Source: Auanema rhodensis (lineage: Eukaryota; Animalia; Nematoda). Taken from it: 64,000 nt of DNA. This document shows positions 24,968 through 38,647 of the stretch, piece after piece. Under the pieces are notes generated by a model. It saw only the letters and a program-made list of their open reading frames with translations. It made no database searches and was not told the DNA's origin. The DNA lies in assembly GCA_964057225.1 (NCBI GenBank), contig OZ059900.1:24118001-24182000 (forward strand). The letters are read 5' to 3'. A program made the position numbers and the translations under genes. The first letter of the stretch is position 1. Each line of letters begins with the position of its first letter.

Positions 24968-27900
24968 TATGGCTAATATTGATTAAATCGATTTTTGTTC
25001 ATATGAGTCGTCAAATGCAACGAATTTCAGCGTGTTACATACTAAAATGAAGCATTTTACATGCTGAACACTAGAAAAATACAAAAACACAGTATTTCCC
25101 ATGAGAAATATTTTATCATGCTGGAAAACCAGTTTTTGGAAATTTCGCTGTAAACAAGGTTTTGACTTACGATTTCATGTGTTCAAACTCATGCAATGTC
25201 AATGAAACCTAGCTCAAAATTGTTTGTACAACGTCTAGTTCCACTTTCACGACAAAAAAACAAGGGTTAGAAAATTAAGGAAATTAGCATATTCTGAGGG
25301 CACGCCCCTTATGGCTAATATTGATTAAATCGATTTTTGTTCATATGAGTCGTCAAATGCAACGAATTTCAGCGTGTTACATACTAAAATGAAGCATTTT
25401 ACATGCTGAACACTAGAAAAATACAAAAACACAGTATTTCCCATGAGAAATATTTTATTATGCTGGAAAACCAGTTTTTGGAAATTTCGCTGTAAACAAG
25501 GTTTTGACTTACGATTTCATGTGTTCAAACTCATGCAATGTCAATGAAACCTAGCTCAAAATTGTTCGTACAACGTCTAGTTCCACTTTCACGACAAAAA
25601 AACAGGGGTTAGAAAATTAAGGAAATTAGCATATTCTGAGGGCACGCCCCTTATGGCTAATATTGATTAAATCGATTTTTGTTCATATGAGTCGTCAAAT
25701 GCAACGAATTTCAGCGTGTTACACTCTAAAATGAAGCATATCACATGCTGAACACTAGAAGAATACAAAAACACAGTATTTCCCATGAGAAATATTTTAT
25801 TATGCTGGAAAACCAGTTTTTCGAAATTTCGCTGTAAACAAGGTTTTGACTTACGATTTCATGTGTTCAAACTCATGCAATGTCAATGAAACCTAGCTCA
25901 AAATTGTTCGTACAACGTCTAGTTCCACTTTCACGACAAAAAAACAGGGGTTAGAAAATTAAGGAAATTAGCATATTCTGAGGGCACGCCCCTTATGGCT
26001 AATATTGATTAAATCGATTTTTGTTCATATGAGTCGTCAAATGCAACGAATTTCAGCGTGTTACATACTAAAATGAAGCATTTTACATGCTGAACACTAG
26101 AAAAATACAAAAACACAGTATTTCCCATGAGAAATATTTTATCATGCTGGAAAACCAGTTTTTGGAAATTTCGCTGTAAACAAGGTTTTGACTTACGATT
26201 TCATGTGTTCAAACTCATGCAATGTCAATGAAACCTAGCTCAAAATTGTTTGTACAACGTCTAGTTCCACTTTCACGACAAAAAAACAAGGGTTAGAAAA
26301 TTAAGGAAATTAGCATATTCTGAGGGCACGCCCCTTATGGCTAATATTGATTAAATCGATTTTTGTTCATATGAGTCGTCAAATGCAACGAATTTCAGCG
26401 TGTTACATACTAAAATGAAGCATTTTACATGCTGAACACTAGAAAAATACAAAAACACAGTATTTCCCATGAGAAATATTTTATTATGCTGGAAAACCAG
26501 TTTTTGGAAATTTCGCTGTAAACAAGGTTTTGACTTACGATTTCATGTGTTCAAACTCATGCAATGTCAATGAAACCTAGCTCAAAATTGTTCGTACAAC
26601 GTCTAGTTCCACTTTCACGACAAAAAAACAGGGGTTAGAAAATTAAGGAAATTAGCATATTCTGAGGGCACGCCCCTTATGGCTAATATTGATTAAATCG
26701 ATTTTTGTTCATATGAGTCGTCAAATGCAACGAATTTCAGCGTGTTACACACTAAAATGAAGCATTTCACATGCTGAACACTAGAAGAATACAAAAACAC
26801 AGTATTTCCCATGAGAAATATTTTATTATGCTGGAAAACCAGTTTTTCGAAATTTCGCTGTAAACAAGGTTTTGACTTACGATTTCATGTGTTCAAACTC
26901 ATGCAATGTCAATGAAACCTAGCTCAAAATTGTTCGTACAACGTCTAGTTCCACTTTCACGACAAAAAAACAGGGGTTAGAAAATTAAGGAAATTAGCAT
27001 ATTCTGAGGGCACGCCCCTTATGGCTAATATTGATTAAATCGATTTTTGTTCATATGAGTCGTCAAATGCAACGAATTTCAGCGTGTTACATACTAAAAT
27101 GAAGCATTTTACATGCTGAACACTAGAAAAATACAAAAACACAGTATTTCCCATGAGAAATATTTTATCATGCTGGAAAACCAGTTTTTGGAAATTTCGC
27201 TGTAAACAAGGTTTTGACTTACGATTTCATGTGTTCAAACTCATGCAATGTCAATGAAACCTAGCTCAAAATTGTTTGTACAACGTCTAGTTCCACTTTC
27301 ACGACAAAAAAACAAGGGTTAGAAAATTAAGGAAATTAGCATATTCTGAGGGCACGCCCCTTATGGCTAATATTGATTAAATCGATTTTTGTTCATATGA
27401 GTCGTCAAATGCAACGAATTTCAGCGTGTTACATACTAAAATGAAGCATTTTACATGCTGAACACTAGAAAAATACAAAAACACAGTATTTCCCATGAGA
27501 AATATTTTATTATGCTGGAAAACCAGTTTTTGGAAATTTCGCTGTAAACAAGGTTTTGACTTACGATTTCATGTGTTCAAACTCATGCAATGTCAATGAA
27601 ACCTAGCTCAAAATTGTTCGTACAACGTCTAGTTCCACTTTCACGACAAAAAAACAGGGGTTAGAAAATTAAGGAAATTAGCATATTCTGAGGGCACGCC
27701 CTTTATGGCTAATATTGATTAAATCGATTTTTGTTCATATGAGTCGTCAAATGCAACGAATTTCAGCGTGTTACACACTAAAATGAAGCATTTCACATGC
27801 TGAACACTAGAAGAATACAAAAACACAGTATTTCCCATGAGAAATATTTTATTATGCTGGAAAACCAGTTTTTCGAAATTTCGCTGTAAACAAGGTTTTG

Positions 27901-29071
27901 ACTTACGATTTCATGTGTTCAAACTCATGCAATGTCAATGAAACCTAGCTCAAAATTGTTTGTACAACGTCTAGTTCCACTTTCACGACAAAAAAACAAG
28001 GGTTAGAAAATTAAGGAAATTAGCATATTCTGAGGGCACGCCCCTTATGGCTAATATTGATTAAATCGATTTTTGTTCATATGAGTCGTCAAATGCAACG
28101 AATTTCAGCGTGTTACATACTAAAATGAAGCATTTTACATGCTGAACACTAGAAAAATACAAAAACACAGTATTTCCCATGAGAAATATTTTATCATGCT
28201 GGAAAACCAGTTTTTGGAAATTTCGCTGTAAACAAGGTTTTGACTTACGATTTCATGTGTTCAAACTCATGCAATGTCAATGAAACCTAGCTCAAAATTG
28301 TTTGTACAACGTCTAGTTCCACTTTCACGACAAAAAAACAAGGGTTAGAAAATTAAGGAAATTAGCATATTCTGAGGGCACGCCCCTTATGGCTAATATT
28401 GATTAAATCGATTTTTGTTCATATGAGTCGTCAAATGCAACGAATTTCAGCGTGTTACATACTAAAATGAAGCATTTTACATGCTGAACACTAGAAAAAT
28501 ACAAAAACACAGTATTTCCCATGAGAAATATTTTATTATGCTGGAAAACCAGTTTTTGGAAATTTCGCTGTAAACAAGGTTTTGACTTACGATTTCATGT
28601 GTTCAAACTCATGCTATGTCAATGAAACCTAGCTCAAAATTGTTCGTACAACGTCTAGTTCCACTTTCACGACAAAAAAACAGGGGTTAGAAAATTAAGG
28701 AAATTAGCATATTCTGAGGGCACGCCCCTTATGGCTAATATTGATTAAATCGATTTTTGTTCATATGAGTCGTCAAATGCAACGAATTTCAGCGTGTTAC
28801 ACACTAAAATGAAGCATTTCACATGCTGAACACTAGAAGAATACAAAAACACAGTATTTCCCATGAGAAATATTTTATTATGCTGGAAAACCAGTTTTTC
28901 GAAATTTCGCTGTAAACAAGGTTTTGACTTACGATTTCATGTGTTCAAACTCATGCAATGTCAATGAAACCTAGCTCAAAATTGTTCGTACAACGTCTAG
29001 TTCCACTTTCACGACAAAAAAACAGGGGTTAGAAAATTAAGGAAATTAGCATATTCTGAGGGCACGCCCCT
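24968..29071 (+). repeat. 3-monomer (1026 bp) higher-order repeat x4, M74-85
   Basis: The order [150C-258T-296A], [consensus], [73C-91C-110G-171C] repeats four times, with a few private changes. Confidence 0.88.
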
Positions 29072-32000
29072 TATGGCTAATATTGATTAAATCGATTTTT
29101 GTTCATATGAGTCGTCAAATGCAACGAATTTCAGCGTGTTACATACTAAAATGAAGCATTTTACATGCTGAACACTAGAAAAATACAAAAACACAGTATT
29201 TCCCATGAGAAATATTTTATCATGCTGGAAAACCAGTTTTTGGAAATTTCGCTGTAAACAAGGTTTTGACTTACGATTTCATGTGTTCAAACTCATGCAA
29301 TGTCAATGAAACCTAGCTCAAAATTGTTCGTACAACGTCTAGTTCCACTTTCACGACAAAAAAACAGGGGTTAGAAAATTAAGGAAATTAGCATATTCTG
29401 AGGGCACGCCCCTTATGGCTAATATTGATTAAATCGATTTTTGTTCATATGAGTCGTCAAATGCAACGAATTTCAGCGTGTTACAAACTAAAATGAAGCA
29501 TTTTACATGCTGAACACTAGAAAAATACAAAAACACAGTATTTCCCATGAGAAATATTTTATTATGCTGGAAAACCAGTTTTTGGAAATTTCGCTGTAAA
29601 CAAGGTTTTGACTTACGATTTCATGTGTTCAAACTCATGCAATGTCAATGAAACCTAGCTCAAAATTGTTCGTACAACGTCTAGTTCCACTTTCACGACA
29701 AAAAAACAGGGGTTAGAAAATTAAGGAAATTAGCATATTCTGAGGGCACGCCCCTTATGGCTAATATTGATTAAATCGATTTTTGTTCATATGAGTCGTC
29801 AAATGCAACGAATTTCAGCGTGTTACATACTAAAATGAAGCATTTTACATGCTGAACACTAGAAAAATACAAAAACACAGTATTTCCCATGAGAAATATT
29901 TTATCATGCTGGAAAACCAGTTTTTGGAAATTTCGCTGTAAACAAGGTTTTGACTTACGATTTCATGTGTTCAAACTCATGCAATGTCAATGAAACCTAG
30001 CTCAAAATTGTTCGTACAACGTCTAGTTCCACTTTCACGACAAAAAAACAGGGGTTAGAAAATTAAGGAAATTAGCATATTCTGAGGGCACGCCCCTTAT
30101 GGCTAATATTGATTAAATCGATTTTTGTTCATATGAGTCGTCAAATGCAACGAATTTCAGCGTGTTACATACTAAAATGAAGCATTTTACATGCTGAACA
30201 CTAGAAGAATACAAAAACACAGTATTTCCCATGAGAAATATTTTATTATGCTGGAAAACCAGTTTTTGGAAATTTCGCTGTAAACAAGGTTTTGACTTAC
30301 GATTTCATGTGTTCAAACTCATGCAATGTCAATGAAACCTAGCTCAAAATTGTTCGTACAACGTCTAGTTCCACTTTCACGACAAAAAAACAGGGGTTAG
30401 AAAATTAAGGAAATTAGCATATTCTGAGGGCACGCCCCTTATGGCTAATATTGATTAAATCGATTTTTGTTCATATGAGTCGTCAAATGCAACGAATTTC
30501 AGCGTGTTACATACTAAAATGAAGCATTTTACATGCTGAACACTAGAAAAATACAAAAACACAGTATTTCCCATGAGAAATATTTTATTATGCTGGAAAA
30601 CCAGTTTTTGGAAATTTCGCTGTAAACAAGGTTTTGACTTACGATTTCATGTGTTCAAACTCATGCAATGTCAATGAAACCTAGCTCAAAATTGTTCGTA
30701 CAACGTCTAGTTCCACTTTCACGACAAAAAAACAGGGGTTAGAAAATTAAAAAAATTAGCATATTCTGAGGGCACGCCCCTTATGGCTAATATTGATTAA
30801 ATCGATTTTTGTTCATATGAGTCGTCAAATGCAACGAATTTCAGCGTGTTACATACTAAAATGAAGCATTTTACATGCTGAACACTAGAAAAATACAAAA
30901 ACACAGTATTTCCCATGAGAAATATTTTATTATGCTGGAAAACCAGTTTTTGGAAATTTCGCTGTAAACAAGGTTTTGACTTACGATTTCATGTGTTCAA
31001 ACTCATGCAATGTCAATGAAACCTAGCTCAAAATTGTTCGTACAACGTCTAGTTCCACTTTCACGACAAAAAAACAGGGGTTAGAAAATTAAGGAAATTA
31101 GCATATTCTGAGGGCACGCCCCTTATGGCTAATATTGATTAAATCGATTTTTGTTCATATGAGTCGTCAAATGCAACGAATTTCATCGTGTTACATACTA
31201 AAATGAAGCATTTCACATGCTGAACACTAGAAAAATACAAAAACACAGTATTTCCCATGAGAAATATTTTATCATGCTGGAAAACCAGTTTTTGGAAATT
31301 TCGCTGTAAACAAGGTTTTGACTTACGATTTCATATGTTCAAACTCATGCAATGTCAATGAAACCTAGCTCAAAATTGTTTGTACAACGTCTAGTTCCAC
31401 TTTCACGACAAAAAAACAAGGGTTAGAAAATTAAGGAAATTAGCATATTCTGAGGGCACGCCCCTTATGGCTAATATTGATTAAATCGATTTTTGTTCAT
31501 ATGAGTCGTCAAATGCAACGAATTTCAGCGTGTTACAAACTAAAATGAAGCATTTTACATGCTGAACACTAGAAAAATACAAAAACACAGTGTTTCCCAT
31601 GAGAAATATTTTATTATGCTGGAAAACCAGTTTTTGGAAATTTCGCTGTAAACAAGGTTTTGACTTACGATTTCATGTGTTCAAACTCATGCAATGTCAA
31701 TGAAACCTAGCTCAAAATTGTTCGTACAGCGTCTAGTTCCACTTTCACGACAAAAAAACAGGGGTTAGAAAATTAAGGAAATTAGCATATTCTGAGGGCA
31801 CGCCCCTTATGGCTAATATTGATTAAATCGATTTTTGTTCATATGAGTCGTCAAATGCAACGAATTTCAGCGTGTTACATACTAAAATGAAGCATTTTAC
31901 ATGCTGAACACTAGAAAAATACAAAAACACAGTATTTCCCATGAGAAATATTTTATTATGCTGGAAAACCAGTTTTTGGAAATTTCGCTGTAAACAAGGT

Positions 32001-35000
32001 TTTGACTTACGATTTCATGTGTTCAAACTCATGCAATGTCAATGAAACCTAGCTCAAAATTGTTCGTACAACGTCTAGTTCCACTTTCACGACAAAAAAA
32101 CAGGGGTTAGAAAATTAAGGAAATTAGCATATTCTGAGGGCACGCCCCTTATGGCTAATATTGATTAAATCGATTTTTGTTCATATGAGTCGTCAAATGC
32201 AACGAATTTCAGCGTGTTACATACTAAAATGAAGCATTTTACATGCTGAACACTAGAAAAATACAAAAACACAGTATTTCCCATGAGAAATATTTTATTA
32301 TGCTGGAAAACCAGTTTTTGGAAATTTCGCTGTAAACAAGGTTTTGACTTACGATTTCATGTGTTCAAACTCATGCAATGTCAATGAAACCTAGCTCAAA
32401 ATTGTTCGTACAACGTCTAGTTCCACTTTCACGACAAAAAAACAGGGGTTAGAAAATTAAGGAAATTAGCATATTCTGAGGGCACGCCCCTTATGGCTAA
32501 TATTGATTAAATCGATTTTTGTTCATATGAGTCATCAAATGCAACGAATTTCATCGTGTTACATACTAAAATGAAGCATTTTACATGCTGAACACTAGAA
32601 AAAAACAAAAACACAGTATTTCCCATGAGAAATATTTTATCATGCTGGAAAACCAGTTTTTGGAAATTTCGCTGTAAACAAGGTTTTGACTTACGATTTC
32701 ATATGTTCAAACTCATGCAATGTCAATGAAACCTAGCTCAAAATTGTTTGTACAACGTCTAGTTCCACTTTCACGACAAAAAAACAAGGGTTAGAAAATT
32801 AAGGAAATTAGCATATTCTGAGGGCACGCCCCTTATGGCTAATATTGATTAAATCGATTTTTGTTCATATGAGTCGTCAAATGCAACGAATTTCAGCGTG
32901 TTACATACTAAAATGAAGCATTTTACATGCTGAACACTAGAAAAATACAAAAACACAGTATTTCCCATGAGAAATATTTTATTATGCTGGAAAACCAGTT
33001 TTTGGAAATTTCGCTGTAAACAAGGTTTTGACTTACGATTTCATGTGTTCAAACTCATGCAATGTCAATGAAACCTAGCTCAAAATTGTTCGTACAACGT
33101 CTAGTTCCACTTTCACGACAAAAAAACAGGGGTTAGAAAATTAAGGAAATTAGCATATTCTGAGGGCACGCCCCTTATGGCTAATATTGATTAAATCGAT
33201 TTTTGTTCATATGAGTCGTCAAATGCAACGAATTTCAGCGTGTTACATACTAAAATGAAGCATTTTACATGCTGAACACTAGAAAAATACAAAAACACAG
33301 TATTTCCCATGAGAAATATTTTATTATGCTGGAAAACCAGTTTTTGGAAATTTCGCTGTAAACAAGGTTTTGACTTACGATTTCATGTGTTCAAACTCAT
33401 GCAATGTCAATGAAACCTAGCTCAAAATTGTTCGTACAACGTCTAGTTCCACTTTCACGACAAAAAAACAGGGGTTAGAAAATTAAAAAAATTAGCATAT
33501 TCTGAGGGCACGCCCCTTATGGCTAATATTGATTAAATCGATTTTTGTTCATATGAGTCGTCAAATGCAACGAATTTCAGCGTGTTACATACTAAAACGA
33601 AGCATTTTACATGCTGAACACTAGAAAAATACAAAAACACAGTATTTCCCATGAGAAATATTTTATTATGCTGGAAAACCAGTTTTTGGAAATTTCGCTG
33701 TAAACAAGGTTTTGACTTACGATTTCATGTGTTCAAACTCATGCAATGTCAATGAAACCTAGCTCAAAATTGTTCGTACAACGTCTAGTTCCACTTTCAC
33801 GACAAAAAAACAGGGGTTAGAAAATTAAGGAAATTAGCATATTCTGAGGGCACGCCCCTTATGGCTAATATTGATTAAATCGATTTTTGTTCATATGAGT
33901 CGTCAAATGCAACGAATTTCAGCGTGTTACATACTAAAATGAAGCATTTTACATGCTGAACACTAGAAAAATACAAAAACACAGTATTTCCCATGAGAAA
34001 TATTTTATTATGCTGGAAAACCAGTTTTTGGAAATTTCGCTGTAAACAAGGTTTTGACTTACGATTTCATGTGTTCAAACTCATGCAATGTCAATGAAAC
34101 CTAGCTCAAAATTGTTCGTACAACGTCTAGTTCCACTTTCACGACAAAAAAACAGGGGTTAGAAAATTAAGGAAATTAGCATATTCTGAGGGCACGCCCC
34201 TTATGGCTAATATTGATTAAATCGATTTTTGTTCATATGAGTCGTCAAATGCAACGAATTTCAGCGTGTTACATACTAAAATGAAGCATTTTACATGCTG
34301 AACACTAGAAGAATACAAAAACACAGTATTTCCCATGAGAAATATTTTATTATGCTGGAAAACCAGTTTTTGGAAATTTCGCTGTAAACAAGGTTTTGAC
34401 TTACGATTTCATGTGTTCAAACTCATGCAATGTCAATGAAACCTAGCTCAAAATTGTTCGTACAACGTCTAGTTCCACTTTCACGACAAAAAAACAGGGG
34501 TTAGAAAATTAAGGAAATTAGCATATTCTGAGGGCACGCCCCTTATGGCTAATATTGATTAAATCGATTTTTGTTCATATGAGTCGTCAAATGCAACGAA
34601 TTTCAGCGTGTTACATACTAAAATGAAGCATTTTACATGCTGAACACTAGAAAAATACAAAAACACAGTATTTCCCATGAGAAATATTTTATCATGCTGG
34701 AAAACCAGTTTTTGGAAATTTTGCTGTAAACAAGGTTTTGACTTACGATTTCATGTGTTCAAACTCATGCAATGTCAATGAAACCTAGCTCAAAATTGTT
34801 TGTACAACGTCTAGTTCCACTTTCACGACAAAAAAACAAGGGTTAGAAAATTAAGGAAATTAGCATATTCTGAGGGCACGCCCCTTATGGCTAATATTGA
34901 TTAAATCGATTTTTGTTCATATGAGTCGTCAAATGCAACGAATTTCAGCGTGTTACATACTAAAATGAAGCATTTTACATGCTGAACACTAGAAAAATAC

Positions 35001-38000
35001 AAAAACACAGTATTTCCCATGAGAAATATTTTATTATGCTGGAAAACCAGTTTTTGGAAATTTCGCTGTAAACAAGGTTTTGACTTACGGTTTCATGTGT
35101 TCAAACTCATGGAATGTCAATGAAACCTAGCTCAAAATTGTTCGTACAACGTCTAGTTCCACTTTCACGACAAAAAAACAGGGGTTAGAAAATTAAGGAA
35201 ATTAGCATATTCTGAGGGCACGCCCCTTATGGCTAATATTGATTAAATCGATTTTTGTTCATATGAGTCGTCAAATGCAACGAATTTCAGCGTGTTACAC
35301 ACTAAAATGAAGCATTTTACATGCTGAACACTAGAAGAATACAAAAACACAGTATTTCCCATGAGAAATATTTTATTATGCTGGAAAACCAGTTTTTCGA
35401 AATTTCGCTGTAAACAAGGTTTTGACTTACGATTTCATGTGTTCAAACTCATGCAATGTCAATGAAACCTAGCTCAAAATTGTTTGTACAACGTCTAGTT
35501 CCACTTTCACGACAAAAAAACAGGGGTTAGAAAATTAAGGAAATTAGCATATTCTGAGGGCACGCCCCTTATGGCTAATATTGATTAAATCGATTTTTGT
35601 TCATATGAGTCGTCAAATGCAACGAATTTCAGCGTGTTACATACTAAAATGAAGCATTTTACATGCTGAACACTAGAAGAATACAAAAACACAGTATTTC
35701 CCATGAGAAATATTTTATTATGCTGGAAAACCAGTTTTTGGAAATTTCGCTGTAAACAAGGTTTTGACTTACGATTTCATGTGTTCAAACTCATGCAATG
35801 TCAATGAAACCTAGCTCAAAATTGTTCGTACAACGTCTAGTTCCACTTTCACGACAAAAAAACAGGGGTTAGAAAATTAAGGAAATTAGCATATTCTGAG
35901 GGCACGCCCCTTATGGCTAATATTGATTAAATCGATTTTTGTTCATATGAGTCGTCAAATGCAACGAATTTCAGCGTGTTACATACTAAAATGAAGCATT
36001 TTACATGCTGAACACTAGAAAAATACAAAAACACAGTATTTCCCATGAGAAATATTTTATTATGCTGGAAAACCAGTTTTTGGAAATTTCGCTGTAAACA
36101 AGGTTTTGACTTACGATTTCATGTGTTCAAACTCATGCAATGTCAATGAAACCTAGCTCAAAATTGTTCGTACAACGTCTAGTTCCACTTTCACGACAAA
36201 AAAACAGGGGTTAGAAAATTAAGGAAATTAGCATATTCTGAGGGCACGCCCCTTATGGCTAATATTGATTAAATCGATTTTTGTTCATATGAGTCGTCAA
36301 ATGCAACGAATTTCAGCGTGTTACACACTAAAATGAAGCATTTTACATGCTGAACACTAGAAGAATACAAAAACACAGTATTTCCCATGAGAAATATTTT
36401 ATTATGCTGGAAAACCAGTTTTTGGAAATTTCGCTGTAAACAAGGTTTTGACTTACGATTTCATGTGTTCAAACTCATGCAATGTCAATGAAACCTAGCT
36501 CAAAATTGTTCGTACAACGTCTAGTTCCACTTTCACGACAAAAAAACAGGGGTTAGAAAATTAAGGAAATTAGCATATTCTGAGGGCACGCCCCTTATGG
36601 CTAATATTGATTAAATCGATTTTTGTTCATATGAGTCGTCAAATGCAACGAATTTCAGCGTGTTACATACTAAAATGAAGCATTTTACATGCTGAACACT
36701 AGAAAAATACAAAAACACAGTATTTCCCATGAGAAATATTTTATTATGCTGGAAAACCAGTTTTTGGAAATTTCGCTGTAAACAAGGTTTTGACTTACGA
36801 TTTCATGTGTTCAAACTCATGCAATGTCAATGAAACCTAGCTCAAAATTGTTTGTACAACGTCTAGTTCCACTTTCACGACAAAAAAACAAGGGTTAGAA
36901 AATTAAGGAAATTAGCATATTCTGAGGGCACGCCCCTTATGGCTAATATTGATTAAATCGATTTTTGTTCATATGAGTCGTCAAATGCAATGAATTTCAG
37001 CGTGTTACATACTAAAATGAAGCATTTTACATGCTGAACACTAGAAAAATACAAAAACACAGTATTTCCCATGAGAAATATTTTATTATGCTGGAAAACC
37101 AGTTTTTGGAAATTTCGCTGTAAACAAGGTTTTGACTTACGATTTCATGTGTTCAAACTCATGCAATGTCAATGAAACCTAGCTCAAAATTGTTCGTACA
37201 ACGTCTAGTTCCACTTTCACGACAAAAAAACAGGGGTTAGAAAATTAAGGAAATTAGCATATTCTGAGGGCACGCCCCTTATGGCTAATATTGATTAAAT
37301 CGATTTTTGTTCATATGAGTCGTCAAATGCAACGAATTTCAGCGTGTTACATACTAAAATGAAGCATTTTACATGCTGAACACTAGAAGAATACAAAAAC
37401 ACAGTATTTCCCATGAGAAATATTTTATTATGCTGGAAAACCAGTTTTTGGAAATTTCGCTGTAAACAAGGTTTTGACTTACGATTTCATGTGTTCAAAC
37501 TCATGCAATGTCAATGAAACCTAGCTCAAAATTGTTCGTACAACGTCTAGTTCCACTTTCACGACAAAAAAACAGGGGTTAGAAAATTAAGGAAATTAGC
37601 ATATTCTGAGGGCACGCCCCTTATGGCTAATATTGATTAAATCGATTTTTGTTCATATGAGTCGTCAAATGCAACGAATTTCAGCGTGTTACATACTAAA
37701 ATGAAGCATTTTACATGCTGAACACTAGAAAAATACAAAAACACAGTATTTCCCATGAGAAATATTTTATCATGCTGGAAAACCAGTTTTTGGAAATTTC
37801 GCTGTAAACAAGGTTTTGACTTACGATTTCATGTGTTCAAACTCATGCAATGTCAATGAAACCTAGCTCAAAATTGTTTGTACAACGTCTATTTCCACTT
37901 TCACGACAAAAAAACAAGGGTTAGAAAATTAAGGAAATTAGCATATTCTGAGGGCACGCCCCTTATGGCTAATATTGATTAAATCGATTTTTGTTCATAT

Positions 38001-38647
38001 GAGTCGTCAAATGCAACGAATTTCAGCGTGTTACATACTAAAATGAAGCATTTTACATGCTGAACACTAGAAAAAAACAAAAACACAGTATTTCCCATGA
38101 GAAATATTTTATTATGCTGGAAAACCAGTTTTTGGAAATTTCGCTGTAAACAAGGTTTTGACTTACGATTTCATGTGTTCAAACTCATGCAATGTCAATG
38201 AAACCTAGCTCAAAATTGTTTGTACAACGTCTAGTTCCACTTTCACGACAAAAAAACAAGGGTTAGAAAATTAAGGAAATTAGCATATTCTGAGGGCACG
38301 CCCCTTATGGCTAATATTGATTAAATCGATTTTTGTTCATATGAGTCGTCAAATGCAACGAATTTCAGCGTGTTACATACTAAAATGAAGCATTTTACAT
38401 GCTGAACACTAGAAAAAAACAAAAACACAGTATTTCCCATGAGAAATATTTTATTATGCTGGAAAACCAGTTTTTGGAAATTTCGCTGTAAACAAGGTTT
38501 TGACTTACGATTTCATGTGTTCAAACTCATGCAATGTCAATGAAACCTAGCTCAAAATTGTTCGTACAACGTCTAGTTCCACTTTCACGACAAAAAAACA
38601 GGGGTTAGAAAATTAAGGAAATTAGCATATTCTGAGGGCACGCCCCT

